Positions 28,199-38,475 of a stretch of 64,000 bases of DNA are shown one piece after another (the first letter of the stretch is position 1; every line of letters begins with the position of its first letter). The position numbers were made by a program, and so were the translations under genes. This DNA is from a candidate division FCPU426 bacterium (GTDB lineage Bacteria > Oederibacteriota > PGYV01 > Palsa-1178). The DNA is taken from contig CAWIXE010000001.1 in assembly GCA_963840035.1 (NCBI GenBank), forward strand, positions 64,001 through 128,000. Direction: 5' to 3'. The notes beneath the pieces are model-generated. The model saw only the letters and a program-made list of their open reading frames with translations. It ran no database searches and was not told where the DNA came from.

Positions 28199-31100
28199 TT
28201 AATGAACCACCGCTATCTTCTGCGTCGATTTATAATAATCCGTCTCCACCGACACTATATACGTTCCGCTCACGACCTTCTGCCCTTTATCGTTTGTGCC
28301 GTCCCATATAACCTCGTGCTGCGTTCTGGCTGACACCGGCCCGTCAAAAAGCGTCTTTATGAGGGCCCCTGTCCTGCTATAAATTTTTACCGTCGCGTTG
28401 TCATTTTCATACGCGTTAAAGACTATCCTGCTGCGCTCGCCTTTTTCAGGGTTTATTACGCTCTTATATAGTGTCACATCTTTTTCAGATATGGTTTCCT
28501 TTGTGTAGGCGCCGCTGCTTGTTCCCGCGTTTCCGCAGGCGTCAGCCCCGGTTACGGCCACCCTGTCTATGTCGCCCCAGCCTGTCTGTTTTGAGTAAAG
28601 ATAGCGGAAAAACATTCCTGTAGTATCTCCAGGCACAGCAAAGGCAGTGCCGCTTAATACGGGTTTGTTGTCGGTATTGCCATGCGCGTATATTGTCAGC
28701 GATGGCGGTGTGACAAGCGGGTGAGTGCTGGTTATTTCCATTACCACATAATCCAGGTGTTCCGGGTTATAAACAAGGTGCACCGAGAACCCGGGGGTGG
28801 CAGATGTACATGGCTGCGTGGAAGTGGCTGTCGCGGTAGGCGTGGCCGGCTTTGTGGACGTCCTGGTGGGCGTCGCGGTAAACGTGGGAGTTGCCGATAC
28901 CGTATGTGTCAACGTGGCTGTAATTGTCTTCGTAGGCGTAAATGTAAAAGAAACCGCGCACGCGCATGTAAGCGACAGCGTCGGCGTTGGAGTCGATGTG
29001 CGGGTCTGTGTGGCTGAATTTGTCTGCGTCAGGGTCACAGTGGATGTGACAGACGGCGTGGCCGTATTTGTCGCTGTCATGGTCCGCGTCTGCGTTGCCG
29101 TCATTGTTGCGGTCGGCGATACCGTCTTAGATGGAGTGTATGTGAAAGTTGCCGTGGTTGTGGCGGTCACTGTGTGAGGCGGGCACAAATCCTCTATGTT
29201 CCAGAGTATCATGTCGTATTGTTTTGAAGGCACGTAGGAACGGCCTGAAGCTATGGCCCTGCATACAGTCAGGTTCAGTATTGATGTCCCCTCCTCGTCA
29301 TTGCCTGAATCGTAATACCTGCAGCCGCCAATGCCGAAAGTGGTATCAGCCGTCCCGTCAGGCAGGTATTTCCAAACGCATATGTCTTTATTTGCTCCGT
29401 TATGCCTTGTTCCACAGACCCATATGTTGCCCGAAGCGTCGCAAAACGCGTCTTTACCGCACGCGCCGCTCCCGCCTCCCGTGCTTGTGACAACGCCCGT
29501 CCCGTTGAAGGTGGTATCATAGGAGCCGTCGGCATTCATGACTATGACAATCATCTGCTGGCAGGTTAAATCACAGCCTGAACCGTCATCAACAGAGCCT
29601 GTTATGACAATCTTGCCGCCCACGGTTATCGCTATTTTCACGGGTATGCAGTTCTTGTGGTTTATTACGGTGCTGATATACTTTCTGCAGCATGTTCCGT
29701 CGCCTCCAAAAGTATTCACCGGGGTCCCGTCCTCGAGGTAGCACCAGGTGACTATGGCGCGGCATGTGCCGGAACAGCCCGGGTCATTAGAGGCGCTGTA
29801 GCCTGTCACGTATATTTTCCCTCCGCTGCACACTATGGAAGTGCCGCAGTCATCGCCGTTGCCGCCCGCCGCGTTATTCGATTTCACGCACCCGCCCGTG
29901 CCAAAGGAGGTATCCAGCGAACCGTCGTCATTGCATTTGATTATTATACTGTCATAATCCGTTCCGTTCCACGCCTTGCCCGTGCACACAATCTTCCCGC
30001 TTGAGTCAAAAGATATGCCGCAGCCGTATGATGGCCCGGTCCATGCCGCGTTCGCGTAAACTTTCCAGCCGCAGCCGTTAAATGTGGTGTCACATGAGCC
30101 GTCGGCATTGAACCTGTAAATGCACAGGTCAGAGCCTGCGCAGCCCGCCACAACTAATTTTCCGGAAGGGTCGCACTCCATTGTGATGTCATTGTTCCAC
30201 ACGTAATTAGTCATCGGCCCCGGGCACTTTATTTTTCCGTTTTCCCCGAATGTCAGGTCTATGGACCCGTCAGGCAGGTATTTGTAAATGTATATGACAT
30301 AGCATGTGCAGGTATCGTCCCAGATGATGTTCAGGGTGTAAATATTGCCTGAAGCGTCCTTGCATACTTTTTTTGAGGTATCGTCCCCGGGCCCACCTGT
30401 TATGACCGTGTCGTCAGGGAAAAATGACGACTGCGTCTGTGTTATGGTCGGGGTCAGGGTCATTGTCGCGGTTATTGTAGGCGAAAAAGTCGGGGACAGC
30501 GGCGCAGGTGTATTGACCGGCGGGCATGGGTCCAGCCCGTATATTTCAATATCATCCACCATGAAATCAGACACATATGTCTGTCCAAGATTTGGGTCCG
30601 GATTTCTTGACTGAAACGCTATCGCGTACAACTGGCTCAGGCACTGGGCTTTATTCCGCAGCGACCCATAAGTGAGATTCATCATGGAAAAGGGTATGCT
30701 AATCTTCACCCATGTGCCGGCGGGAGTCTGTGCCGGGCCTATAAGATAGCTAAAATAATCCATTGTCGTCGGGTCAGGATTCAAAGAATCCATTAACATG
30801 ACCTTGTATGTGCCGACCGTGTCTGTAATTCCCCTTTTTACCCGGAAACTTATACCGGACGCGCCGGATAAATCCCTTGAAGTTCCTGTAACATTTGTGA
30901 GCATGCATTCCATTCCGATCAATGGATATTTAAAATCCGCCGGCTGTGTTCCGCGTGTTACCGTGCCTGTGATGCCCGCGGCGTATCCCGTCCCGCCGTA
31001 ACCCGGAGCGCTCATTATGAATCCCGATGTCGGGGGCCATACATATGATATTCCATAATTCACCGGCGCGCTGTCGTCGTAAGAACGCCATGCGCCTCCA

Positions 31101-32671
31101 AGGTAATTTACGTCATCACCGTCATTGCAGTCGTCAATTAGGCACGTGGCTGCAATGGTCGGCGTCATGGTGGCGGTATATGTGCGCGTTACCGTGTTGG
31201 TGGCTGTGTTCACCGCGGTCGGCATGACCGGAGTCAGTGTCGGCGTCGGCACGATTGTCCCGCACCCCGTGAGCATAACAACACCATTTGAATCAGCTGT
31301 GATCCCGCCCGGAGTATTCGCTTTTATGGAAGCCACATTTGTAATGTTCACGCATGCGTTGACAATTCCCCACCACGTGAGCGAGCCTTCAACCGCTTCA
31401 GAGCTGTCCCCGAGGCTCCACTTTAAAACCGGCCCGGTTGATGACGGCGGCGTCATTGCTCCGGCATAAGTAATGCCTGCAGGCACAGTGTCATATACTT
31501 CAATCCCGGTAAAGGGCCTTGAGGTTGTCAGGATGAAATTATCAAATGAATTAGTCGCTGATATGTTCCTTTTGAAGAAAATTCCCGGCCGCCAGTCGCT
31601 GTAATTTCCGCCGTACATAAAATCAGGGTCAGCTGCGGCGCCTGTATCCGTCCATGTCATCCAATTATTCGGCTCAGGGTCCCCGCGCTTCCATACTTTT
31701 ACGTTAAATATGTAGTTGCCGGCCGAAGGCGCAATGACGGTCTTTGTCTTAAACCATTTGCCCCCGGTCAAACCCGCGGAATTTACCGTGTCCAGCGCGT
31801 ACCACGCAGGGGTTCCGTCAGATTTTTCTATGCTTATATACCCGGCGGGCGCGTTATCAATGGATAATGTCAGCGCGTAGTACCTCTTATTTGGCGCGGC
31901 CAGCCCGTTGCTTTTTATCAGGACAGATAAATCAGAAGATATGTCGCCGTTAGGGTTTATGAGAACGTCAGCTTCTACCATGGCTGAGTTTCGTATCTGC
32001 ACCAGCGAAGTATCCGCGTTATCAAGGAGCAGCGCGGGATATTTTAATGAACCCGCGATGTCCGCCGTAATAAAACGGTCGCCCGTATTGCACGGCTCAG
32101 AAACAGTCCACGTACCATTCTCCCCGTTAAACGGGTCGAACTTCCAGCCTGCCGGAGGGGAGGCTGAGTATACTCCGGGTGTGATATCATCAAAAGGCCT
32201 GAACGCTTTCAGGACTCCGCCTTCCGCGAGGTAGTCCATGACATAAGTTACCACATCCCCTAAAGACCCGGACAACCGGCTTTGCGCCACATTTATGGTC
32301 AGCGGAAATGCGTCAACCGAAGCAGGAAAATCCACGACAATATCGGAGAGTCCTGTCATCCTGCCGGTGGCCAGCGTGGAAAACGCCGTCCCCGCAGGGA
32401 GCGGATTTACGAGTTTACACTTTACCCACACAGTGCCTGCCGCGTCCCCGGCCATTGATGTCCTGTCCGGAAATATCCAGGTAATGTTCCCGCTTGTTGA
32501 CCCTATTGCCGGCGCAGCCGCCACAATTGAGCCTGTCGGGCCGTATGATTCAAGGCTTAAATTCCCGCCTCCCGGTATGGAACTGATTATTGTCAGAGGG
32601 CCGTTTGCGTATCTATAATCATATGAAAAGACAATTGAATCATTTACCGTCTGTAGAATGCCCGCGGACAC
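28199..32671 (-). CDS. Large secreted multidomain protein, C-terminal part (DUF11-like, CBM11/CIA30-like, delta-60 propeller, Thr/Pro linkers, FlgD-Ig-like C-terminus)
   Basis: DGSLDTSFG repeats; LIDDCNDGD..WRSYDD; WDGTNDKGQKVVSGTY; no signal peptide, probably continues 32644..33261 across a frameshift. Confidence 0.8.
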   Translation of the reverse strand: MSAGILQTVNDSIVFSYDYRYANGPLTIISSIPGGGNLSLESYGPTGSIVAAAPAIGSTSGNITWIFPDRTSMAGDAAGTVWVKCKLVNPLPAGTAFSTLATGRMTGLSDIVVDFPASVDAFPLTINVAQSRLSGSLGDVVTYVMDYLAEGGVLKAFRPFDDITPGVYSASPPAGWKFDPFNGENGTWTVSEPCNTGDRFITADIAGSLKYPALLLDNADTSLVQIRNSAMVEADVLINPNGDISSDLSVLIKSNGLAAPNKRYYALTLSIDNAPAGYISIEKSDGTPAWYALDTVNSAGLTGGKWFKTKTVIAPSAGNYIFNVKVWKRGDPEPNNWMTWTDTGAAADPDFMYGGNYSDWRPGIFFKRNISATNSFDNFILTTSRPFTGIEVYDTVPAGITYAGAMTPPSSTGPVLKWSLGDSSEAVEGSLTWWGIVNACVNITNVASIKANTPGGITADSNGVVMLTGCGTIVPTPTLTPVMPTAVNTATNTVTRTYTATMTPTIAATCLIDDCNDGDDVNYLGGAWRSYDDSAPVNYGISYVWPPTSGFIMSAPGYGGTGYAAGITGTVTRGTQPADFKYPLIGMECMLTNVTGTSRDLSGASGISFRVKRGITDTVGTYKVMLMDSLNPDPTTMDYFSYLIGPAQTPAGTWVKISIPFSMMNLTYGSLRNKAQCLSQLYAIAFQSRNPDPNLGQTYVSDFMVDDIEIYGLDPCPPVNTPAPLSPTFSPTITATMTLTPTITQTQSSFFPDDTVITGGPGDDTSKKVCKDASGNIYTLNIIWDDTCTCYVIYIYKYLPDGSIDLTFGENGKIKCPGPMTNYVWNNDITMECDPSGKLVVAGCAGSDLCIYRFNADGSCDTTFNGCGWKVYANAAWTGPSYGCGISFDSSGKIVCTGKAWNGTDYDSIIIKCNDDGSLDTSFGTGGCVKSNNAAGGNGDDCGTSIVCSGGKIYVTGYSASNDPGCSGTCRAIVTWCYLEDGTPVNTFGGDGTCCRKYISTVINHKNCIPVKIAITVGGKIVITGSVDDGSGCDLTCQQMIVIVMNADGSYDTTFNGTGVVTSTGGGSGACGKDAFCDASGNIWVCGTRHNGANKDICVWKYLPDGTADTTFGIGGCRYYDSGNDEEGTSILNLTVCRAIASGRSYVPSKQYDMILWNIEDLCPPHTVTATTTATFTYTPSKTVSPTATMTATQTRTMTATNTATPSVTSTVTLTQTNSATQTRTSTPTPTLSLTCACAVSFTFTPTKTITATLTHTVSATPTFTATPTRTSTKPATPTATATSTQPCTSATPGFSVHLVYNPEHLDYVVMEITSTHPLVTPPSLTIYAHGNTDNKPVLSGTAFAVPGDTTGMFFRYLYSKQTGWGDIDRVAVTGADACGNAGTSSGAYTKETISEKDVTLYKSVINPEKGERSRIVFNAYENDNATVKIYSRTGALIKTLFDGPVSARTQHEVIWDGTNDKGQKVVSGTYIVSVETDYYKSTQKIAVVH

Positions 32672-33261
32672 TCTCCCGTCGAACGAAAAACTTTTTGCCT
32701 TAACAGGAGCAGCCAGGAAGTGCCGCTGTAAGTACAGTCAGCCGGCGGCACCCATTCGGTTTCGTTTAAATTAGAGTCCTTCATCACAACGTGCAGGTAA
32801 AGCATGTTGTTTGAACATCCTGGAAAATTAAAGCCCCCCGGTATGTGTACCTGATAAACTTTCACAAAAGTTTTTCCGTCCCCGGTGCCGATGCATGTAT
32901 CACAGTCAGCAATGCCGCCGCCCGGACTTGGATTTGCCATATAGCCGATTGCCCCTCCGCCGCCCGGCAGCGCTGCCGGCTGCATGGCCGCAATATCAAT
33001 GCCTTTGGCGCTTACCACAAAAACCTGCCCCGTGGCTGAAACAGCCGGATTTTGCCTTGCCGGATTGGTGCTTATGGCTATGGCAATCTGATGGCTGTTA
33101 AATAGCTGGCCGCAATATGACACAGTGATGTTAACAAGGTCCCCGAAGTCCGGGTTTGGCTGGTCCATTGTAACGCTTAATATCCTCGGATTTGCAAAAA
33201 GAGATGCCGCTGATAATAGCATAATCAGCGCAGCAACTAACGAGCTTTTTATTGTTTTCAT
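32644..33261 (-). CDS. N-terminal part (signal peptide) of the probably frameshifted large secreted protein
   Basis: Signal peptide; N-domain resembles that of 34418..36370 (NITVSYC..IAIAIS vs TVNFTYC..LALAIS); overlaps the downstream frame. Confidence 0.7.
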   Translation of the reverse strand: MKTIKSSLVAALIMLLSAASLFANPRILSVTMDQPNPDFGDLVNITVSYCGQLFNSHQIAIAISTNPARQNPAVSATGQVFVVSAKGIDIAAMQPAALPGGGGAIGYMANPSPGGGIADCDTCIGTGDGKTFVKVYQVHIPGGFNFPGCSNNMLYLHVVMKDSNLNETEWVPPADCTYSGTSWLLLLRQKVFRSTGECPRAFYRR

Positions 33262-33292
33262 TTTATTCTCCTTATATTATTCCCTCACTGCA

Positions 33293-33321
33293 TATGACAG
33301 AAAAAACCGCGTATTAGTTCC
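33293..33321 (-). promoter_or_regulatory. Candidate ECF sigma promoter
   Basis: GGAACT-N14-TCTGTCATA. Confidence 0.7.
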
Positions 33322-33327
33322 ATGTTT

Positions 33328-34230
33328 TTACAACTGCATATCCAGGGTTATCCTGTGCGCCGTTCCCAGGTTTCCAAAAGGCTGGTAAGCGTAGGAAAAC
33401 CTTATTTTATCGAGTAAAACGCCGATTCCCGTGCTTAAACCGCTCAAATCATGCCTGAAGCCGTATCCGGCCCTTGCCACAAATATGTCATATATCTGCG
33501 CCTCTGCCCCAAAATCCAGCGTAGGAACCTCGTCCTTTCCAAAGAGCCTGTTAACATCGACAGAAAAAAGCAGGGATGCAACCCCTAATACCTTGAATTT
33601 TGTGCTCAGTCCGGCTTTAATATTTGAAGGCAGAGGGTCGCTTATTTCCACATACGCGCTCTGAAACCCTATGTTCTGTATCACGGCCCCGGCCCTGGTG
33701 TCGGGATTACTGCCGAGTTCCACAAAAACACCCGCATCCGCGGCCACGCCCGCTTTCTGGTAAATGTAAAGCCTGCTGTAAAACCCTTTTATGCTTGCGC
33801 CCAGCGCCACTTTCGGCATGATATAAAAACCATATGACCCCGCTATTACAAGGTCGCAATTATCCACCCTGCCTGTTTCAACACCAAATTCATCAATATC
33901 GTTAAAATCCATTGTGCAGACAAACTGTATCGAAGCTGCCGCGGTTCCGGCACCCACAGGCATGGCCCCGCCAATGTACTCGCAGTTTGTATCGGCAAAC
34001 GAGGAAAAATGAGTGAGGGAAATTGAGGTTTTTGTCACCTGGACTAACCCGGCCGGGTTAAATATCATGGCTGAGAGGTCGTCGGCCACGCCGCAAAAAG
34101 CGCTGCCCATTCCCGATGTCCTCGCGGAAGGTTCCATTCGCAGAAAATCCGCGTCAACCCTTCCAGCCCCGCAAATGATTGAGGGGATAAGCAGAAGCAA
34201 AAGTATTTTAGACATTGTAAAGTAATTCAA
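33328..34230 (-). CDS. PorV/PorQ-like (FadL superfamily) outer-membrane barrel
   Basis: FLRMEPSARTSGMG..ADD..IFNPAGL; YAYQPFGNLGTAHRI. Confidence 0.85.
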   Translation of the reverse strand: MNYFTMSKILLLLLIPSIICGAGRVDADFLRMEPSARTSGMGSAFCGVADDLSAMIFNPAGLVQVTKTSISLTHFSSFADTNCEYIGGAMPVGAGTAAASIQFVCTMDFNDIDEFGVETGRVDNCDLVIAGSYGFYIMPKVALGASIKGFYSRLYIYQKAGVAADAGVFVELGSNPDTRAGAVIQNIGFQSAYVEISDPLPSNIKAGLSTKFKVLGVASLLFSVDVNRLFGKDEVPTLDFGAEAQIYDIFVARAGYGFRHDLSGLSTGIGVLLDKIRFSYAYQPFGNLGTAHRITLDMQL

Positions 34231-34417
34231 CCCCGTTTCACCCGCTCCCGTGATAATCTGAACCCGGATCCCTGTTTCCTGATTTACTGTATTATATAAT
34301 AGTTTATGGACATTACAAGCGGCTTATGCAAAAGTTAAATAAAAAAGCGGGGGTTTTACCCCCGCCTTTTATTTAACGCTGTCCGGTCCGCCGAAACCTT
34401 AATTTTTCAGGATTGCT

Positions 34418-36370
34418 TTATCTTATTACCGCCACTTTGATGGTTTTTTTCTTTCCGCAGGCGTCGATTACTATGTTATATATCCCCGAGACCACGTCTT
34501 TTTCATCGCTGTTTTTAGCGTACCAGGTGAAGTCGTGCAATCCCGCTTCCACGTCCCTGTCATTTATAACCTTGATTAATTTTCCGTTTTTGTTGAAGAC
34601 TTTTATCTGAACCTTGCATTTTTTCTCAACCCTGTACTTCACATGGCAGCCTTCACCCGGTTTGTCCACGACATTGTCGTCGATTTCATCTATAAAATCG
34701 TCATCGTTCATATCCGGCGTTGAAGTGGCTGTCACTGTCGGAGTGCCGAAATACGGTGTCAATGTCGGTGTGGCCGTATAGGTATTTGCCGGAATGTGCG
34801 GCGTAAGAGTCTCTGTGAATGTCTTTGTCACGGCCGGCGTGACAACGGTTACGGTTCGCGTAACGGTCTGCGTGGCAGTAACAGAAGATATGCACGCGCA
34901 TGTCGGCGTAAATGTAGACAATACCGGTGTCCTTGTCAATGTCTCTGTAAATGTCATTGTAGTTCCCGGCGTCACAGCGGTTATGGTCCGCGTAACGGTC
35001 TGCGTGGCTGTCTCCGTACATATCACCGGCGGCGCTACCGGGTTCGGGGTAAATATGACTGTATTATTTACCTCATCAGATTCCGCCACCTGTGAATCCT
35101 TATCAACTATGACCTGCGTTGACGTAAGCGGTGTATATTGGTTATAAAATACCACTGTCGTGCTTGCGCCGGCTCCAAGCCCTGCTACAACCACTGTATT
35201 GCCTTCCAAATCCACTACAAAAGATCCGGCTGCTGATGATCCGGTATTTTGCACAAAAACCCTCGCCACTGTCGGGTCAGTCACCAGGTTGCAGGCCGCG
35301 ATTGGCAGCCTTACATAGTCCATGCTGGTAGCCGCAAGCTCAGGCAGGCCGGGGTCAGGTGTGGAAGTGTATGTTACCGTCTCAGTAAATGTCGGAGTGA
35401 TTATTACAGCAGTTCTGGTAGGTGTGATGGTAGAAGACCCGGAGCATAACAAATTTGCGGACACAGTATTTGAAAATGTCTTCGCGTAGTACGAATCGGC
35501 TGCCGCCGCGCTTGTAACGCTCATTCCGCAGTTAATCACTTTTGCCACCCATGTAAGCGCGCCTGATGTATTGCTGACGGTCCCCAGATACCACTGCACA
35601 ATTCCGGGGCCAGCAATAGTCGCCGCGGGGCTTGATGTTACATATGTCATGTTAGCAGGCACTGTATCATATACGGATACTTCAAATACGTTGCCCACAG
35701 CCGTATAATTAATTACATACGCGATTTCGTCGTTTACCGCAAAATCCGTCCCGTTCTGGAGTTTTGTGATGGTAAAAGTATCCAGCACGGCTGTCATTGT
35801 GGCGGTGCAGGTAAAAGTAGGTGTGGCGGCAGGCGCGGTGGATGTCTGTGTCGCTGTCACAGTAAACGTAGGGGTTCCCGTTAAAGTCGGAAAAGGCGTA
35901 AGCAATATGATATTCAAAGGTATGGATGCCTGGCTTTGTACTGATGTGCAGCTGGTTAAAAACGAGCTGCCTCCAACCACCACATAATACTGTGTGTACG
36001 GTTCAATCGGCCCGGTCGGGACATTAATCACCCATTCCACTGTCTCGCAATGCGCTGACGCCTGTGAGTCTCCCATATCATAACCGCTGGAGAAACTTGT
36101 CTCCGGGGCTATATTTATACCCGATTCCGAAACCTTTATCAGCTGTCCTGAAGTATTGCACGGCTGAAATGTCGTAAATTTTGATATTGCGAGCGCAAGG
36201 TGGCTTGTATCAGAAGCGTCCGCACAGTAAGTGAAGTTCACGGTAATTGCCTGGCCCACGACCTGTGACGGCGAACTTATGGAATTAATTACAACCCCTG
36301 ATAATACCGCATGAGCCGCAGCTGAAAAAAGCATCAGGATTATGAGGACTGCTATTTTTTGTTTTTTCAT
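34418..36370 (-). CDS. Secreted Thr-rich protein with DUF11-like, CARDB-like and FlgD-Ig-like domains
   Basis: Signal peptide; VYDTVPANMTY; VDKDSQVAESDEVNN; C-terminal SGIYNIVI..KVAVIR. Confidence 0.82.
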   Translation of the reverse strand: MKKQKIAVLIILMLFSAAAHAVLSGVVINSISSPSQVVGQAITVNFTYCADASDTSHLALAISKFTTFQPCNTSGQLIKVSESGINIAPETSFSSGYDMGDSQASAHCETVEWVINVPTGPIEPYTQYYVVVGGSSFLTSCTSVQSQASIPLNIILLTPFPTLTGTPTFTVTATQTSTAPAATPTFTCTATMTAVLDTFTITKLQNGTDFAVNDEIAYVINYTAVGNVFEVSVYDTVPANMTYVTSSPAATIAGPGIVQWYLGTVSNTSGALTWVAKVINCGMSVTSAAAADSYYAKTFSNTVSANLLCSGSSTITPTRTAVIITPTFTETVTYTSTPDPGLPELAATSMDYVRLPIAACNLVTDPTVARVFVQNTGSSAAGSFVVDLEGNTVVVAGLGAGASTTVVFYNQYTPLTSTQVIVDKDSQVAESDEVNNTVIFTPNPVAPPVICTETATQTVTRTITAVTPGTTMTFTETLTRTPVLSTFTPTCACISSVTATQTVTRTVTVVTPAVTKTFTETLTPHIPANTYTATPTLTPYFGTPTVTATSTPDMNDDDFIDEIDDNVVDKPGEGCHVKYRVEKKCKVQIKVFNKNGKLIKVINDRDVEAGLHDFTWYAKNSDEKDVVSGIYNIVIDACGKKKTIKVAVIR

Positions 36371-36403
36371 ATTATTCTCCTTGTTTTTTATCCCTTACAA
36401 AAC

Positions 36404-36432
36404 TATGACAGAAAACGCCTTAATAAAGTTCC
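36404..36432 (-). promoter_or_regulatory. Candidate ECF sigma promoter
   Basis: GGAACT-N14-TCTGTCATA. Confidence 0.7.
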
Positions 36433-36434
36433 AG

Positions 36435-37448
36435 TTATTTTTCTTCCTGCGGCTTTCCATCATATATCTCTATGTCCAGGCTAATCCTGTGCGCCGCTCC
36501 CAGCATCTCAAAAGGCTGGTAGGAGTAGGAAAACCTCACCTTTTCCATGTTCACTCCGATTCCCAGCGAAAGGTTGCCTGTGTCATGCCTGAAGCCATAA
36601 CCTGCCCTGATTGAAATCATCTGAAAAACATCCGCTTCCGCGCCGATATCCAGGGTGGGAAGCTCGTCTTTCATCACCAGCCTGTTCACGTCGACGCCGA
36701 GGGTAATAATGGCGGCGCTGCCCGCGTGTATCCTGGCGCCTATTCCCGCCTTTAAATTTATGGGCATGGGGTCTGCTATTGATATGTAAGCCCCCTGTAC
36801 TCCCGCGTTTTGAAGGACGAATCCCGCGTAAATGTCAGGGTTGCAGCCTAACTGCATGCGTCCGCCTATATCAAAGGCAAAACCCTGCTTTGAATACTTA
36901 TAAAGGACGCTCCTGAATAATTTCGCGTTTACGCCAAGGCTTATGTCCGGCGTAACAGGGTAAGCGTATGAAAATGTCCCGACTATGTCCATATTATCCA
37001 CGCTTCCGTTCTCCACGCCGTAGGAATCATATACGGGAAAATCAAATGTATAGTTGACAAGCAGCGAAGCGCCGAAGACGCCTTTAATGCCGTCAAAACC
37101 CATGGCGCCGCAGAGGTATTCGCTGTTGTTGTCGGCGAACGAGGAATAGTGCGTAAAAGAAACAACGGGTTTTTTTATTGATACAAGGCCGGCCGGATTA
37201 TAAAGGATCGCATTTATATCGTCGCTTATGCCCGCGAACACATTTGACATGGCCGCTGTTTTGGCGGGCGGTTCAAGGCGTAAAAAATCCGCGCCAACCC
37301 CTCCCGCGCCAAAAGCCGGCATCACAGTTAACACGATTAAACAGGCAGACAAAAAAAATGACCTGACCGCTTTTGTTCCCACAATGTGCCCCCACATTAA
37401 AATAATCACAGATTCCAAATCACATATCCCAAAGGTGGTACGAATCAC
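36435..37448 (-). CDS. PorV/PorQ-like outer-membrane barrel (true start probably downstream, near 37397)
   Basis: FLRLEPPAKTAAM..SDDINAILYNPAGL; paralogue of 33328..34230; the track N-terminus runs through a heptamer repeat. Confidence 0.82.
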   Translation of the reverse strand: MIRTTFGICDLESVIILMWGHIVGTKAVRSFFLSACLIVLTVMPAFGAGGVGADFLRLEPPAKTAAMSNVFAGISDDINAILYNPAGLVSIKKPVVSFTHYSSFADNNSEYLCGAMGFDGIKGVFGASLLVNYTFDFPVYDSYGVENGSVDNMDIVGTFSYAYPVTPDISLGVNAKLFRSVLYKYSKQGFAFDIGGRMQLGCNPDIYAGFVLQNAGVQGAYISIADPMPINLKAGIGARIHAGSAAIITLGVDVNRLVMKDELPTLDIGAEADVFQMISIRAGYGFRHDTGNLSLGIGVNMEKVRFSYSYQPFEMLGAAHRISLDIEIYDGKPQEEK

Positions 37449-37533
37449 AAATCTCTGATTACAAGTCCCAAATTTAAACCAAACCCTTTTATATCTTCAG
37501 TCCTCTTTGGGATTTGGGATTTGGGATCTGTGA

Positions 37534-38475
37534 TTACTTTACTATCGCCGCTTTTATCTTCTGCTCTGTCAGTCCGGTCTTAATATAAATAATGTATTTA
37601 CCTGACGGAAGGTTCATGCCTGACGTGTTCCTGCCGTCCCATTTTTCCTCGTATATTCCCGTTGTTTTATCCGCGTTAACCATTTCATTAACCGGTTCGC
37701 CGCGGAAATTATATATTATGATTGTAACCTTTGCCGTTTCCAGAACTTCATATTTTATATGCATTGTCTCTCCCAGCGAAGGGTTAAAGACATTGTTGAG
37801 TATTATTACCGGTTTGTCCAGGCGCGGGGTCTGCGATTTTACAACCGCGGCGGCGATGACTTTGTTTTCCTTTTTTTCCTCCTGCGCCTGCGGTTTTACT
37901 TCAAAAACGGTAACAGGCTTTACCTCATGCGCCGGGCCTTTGCCTGGCCCGTCATACGCGGCCTGGTTCTCCTCCGGTTTTGACGCCACTTCCACAGCAG
38001 CCTGCGGCGCTTCCTGCGTGGCGTGTTTTACGGCCGCTCCGTCATTTTTTATCAGCTTAGGATAGGTGGCCTGCTTTGCCGGCGGTGCGTATGCCACAAT
38101 TGATTTTTCATTTTTATTTGACGCCATTGATCCATCTGTTTTTATTGTTATCTTACCCGCCATAAGCACCAGGAACATGAATGCGGCAAAAGCGCCTGCC
38201 GCGCTTAATACGGCGGCCGGGGTCAGCTTAAAAGAAAAAATCGTGTCCATTATTGAAGGCGGCTGTACGCCCGCTTTTTTCCATACTTTAGAGTTGAAAT
38301 CAGCTGGTATCTTTATCTCAGCCGGATTTTCCACAGCTGTTTTTATTATCTTATAGGCCATGTATTCGGCCGAGCATTTTTTACATCCGCGGGCATGCTC
38401 CAGGAATTCCGCTCCCGGCGCCGCCTTGCCTTCTTCAGCCTCTTTTAATGTTTTTTTAAACTCTGCGCACTTCAT
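37534..38475 (-). CDS. Anti-sigma factor (ZAS HxxxCxxC, TM, periplasmic FlgD-Ig-like domain)
   Basis: MKC..EHARGCKKC; TM; WDGRNTSGMNLPSGKY; coupled to the ECF sigma gene. Confidence 0.82.
   Translation of the reverse strand: MKCAEFKKTLKEAEEGKAAPGAEFLEHARGCKKCSAEYMAYKIIKTAVENPAEIKIPADFNSKVWKKAGVQPPSIMDTIFSFKLTPAAVLSAAGAFAAFMFLVLMAGKITIKTDGSMASNKNEKSIVAYAPPAKQATYPKLIKNDGAAVKHATQEAPQAAVEVASKPEENQAAYDGPGKGPAHEVKPVTVFEVKPQAQEEKKENKVIAAAVVKSQTPRLDKPVIILNNVFNPSLGETMHIKYEVLETAKVTIIIYNFRGEPVNEMVNADKTTGIYEEKWDGRNTSGMNLPSGKYIIYIKTGLTEQKIKAAIVK

Noticed and set aside
32680..32700. Programmed -1 ribosomal frameshift
   Set aside because: No in-frame X XXY YYZ slippery heptamer or clear stimulatory structure; a simple indel is more parsimonious
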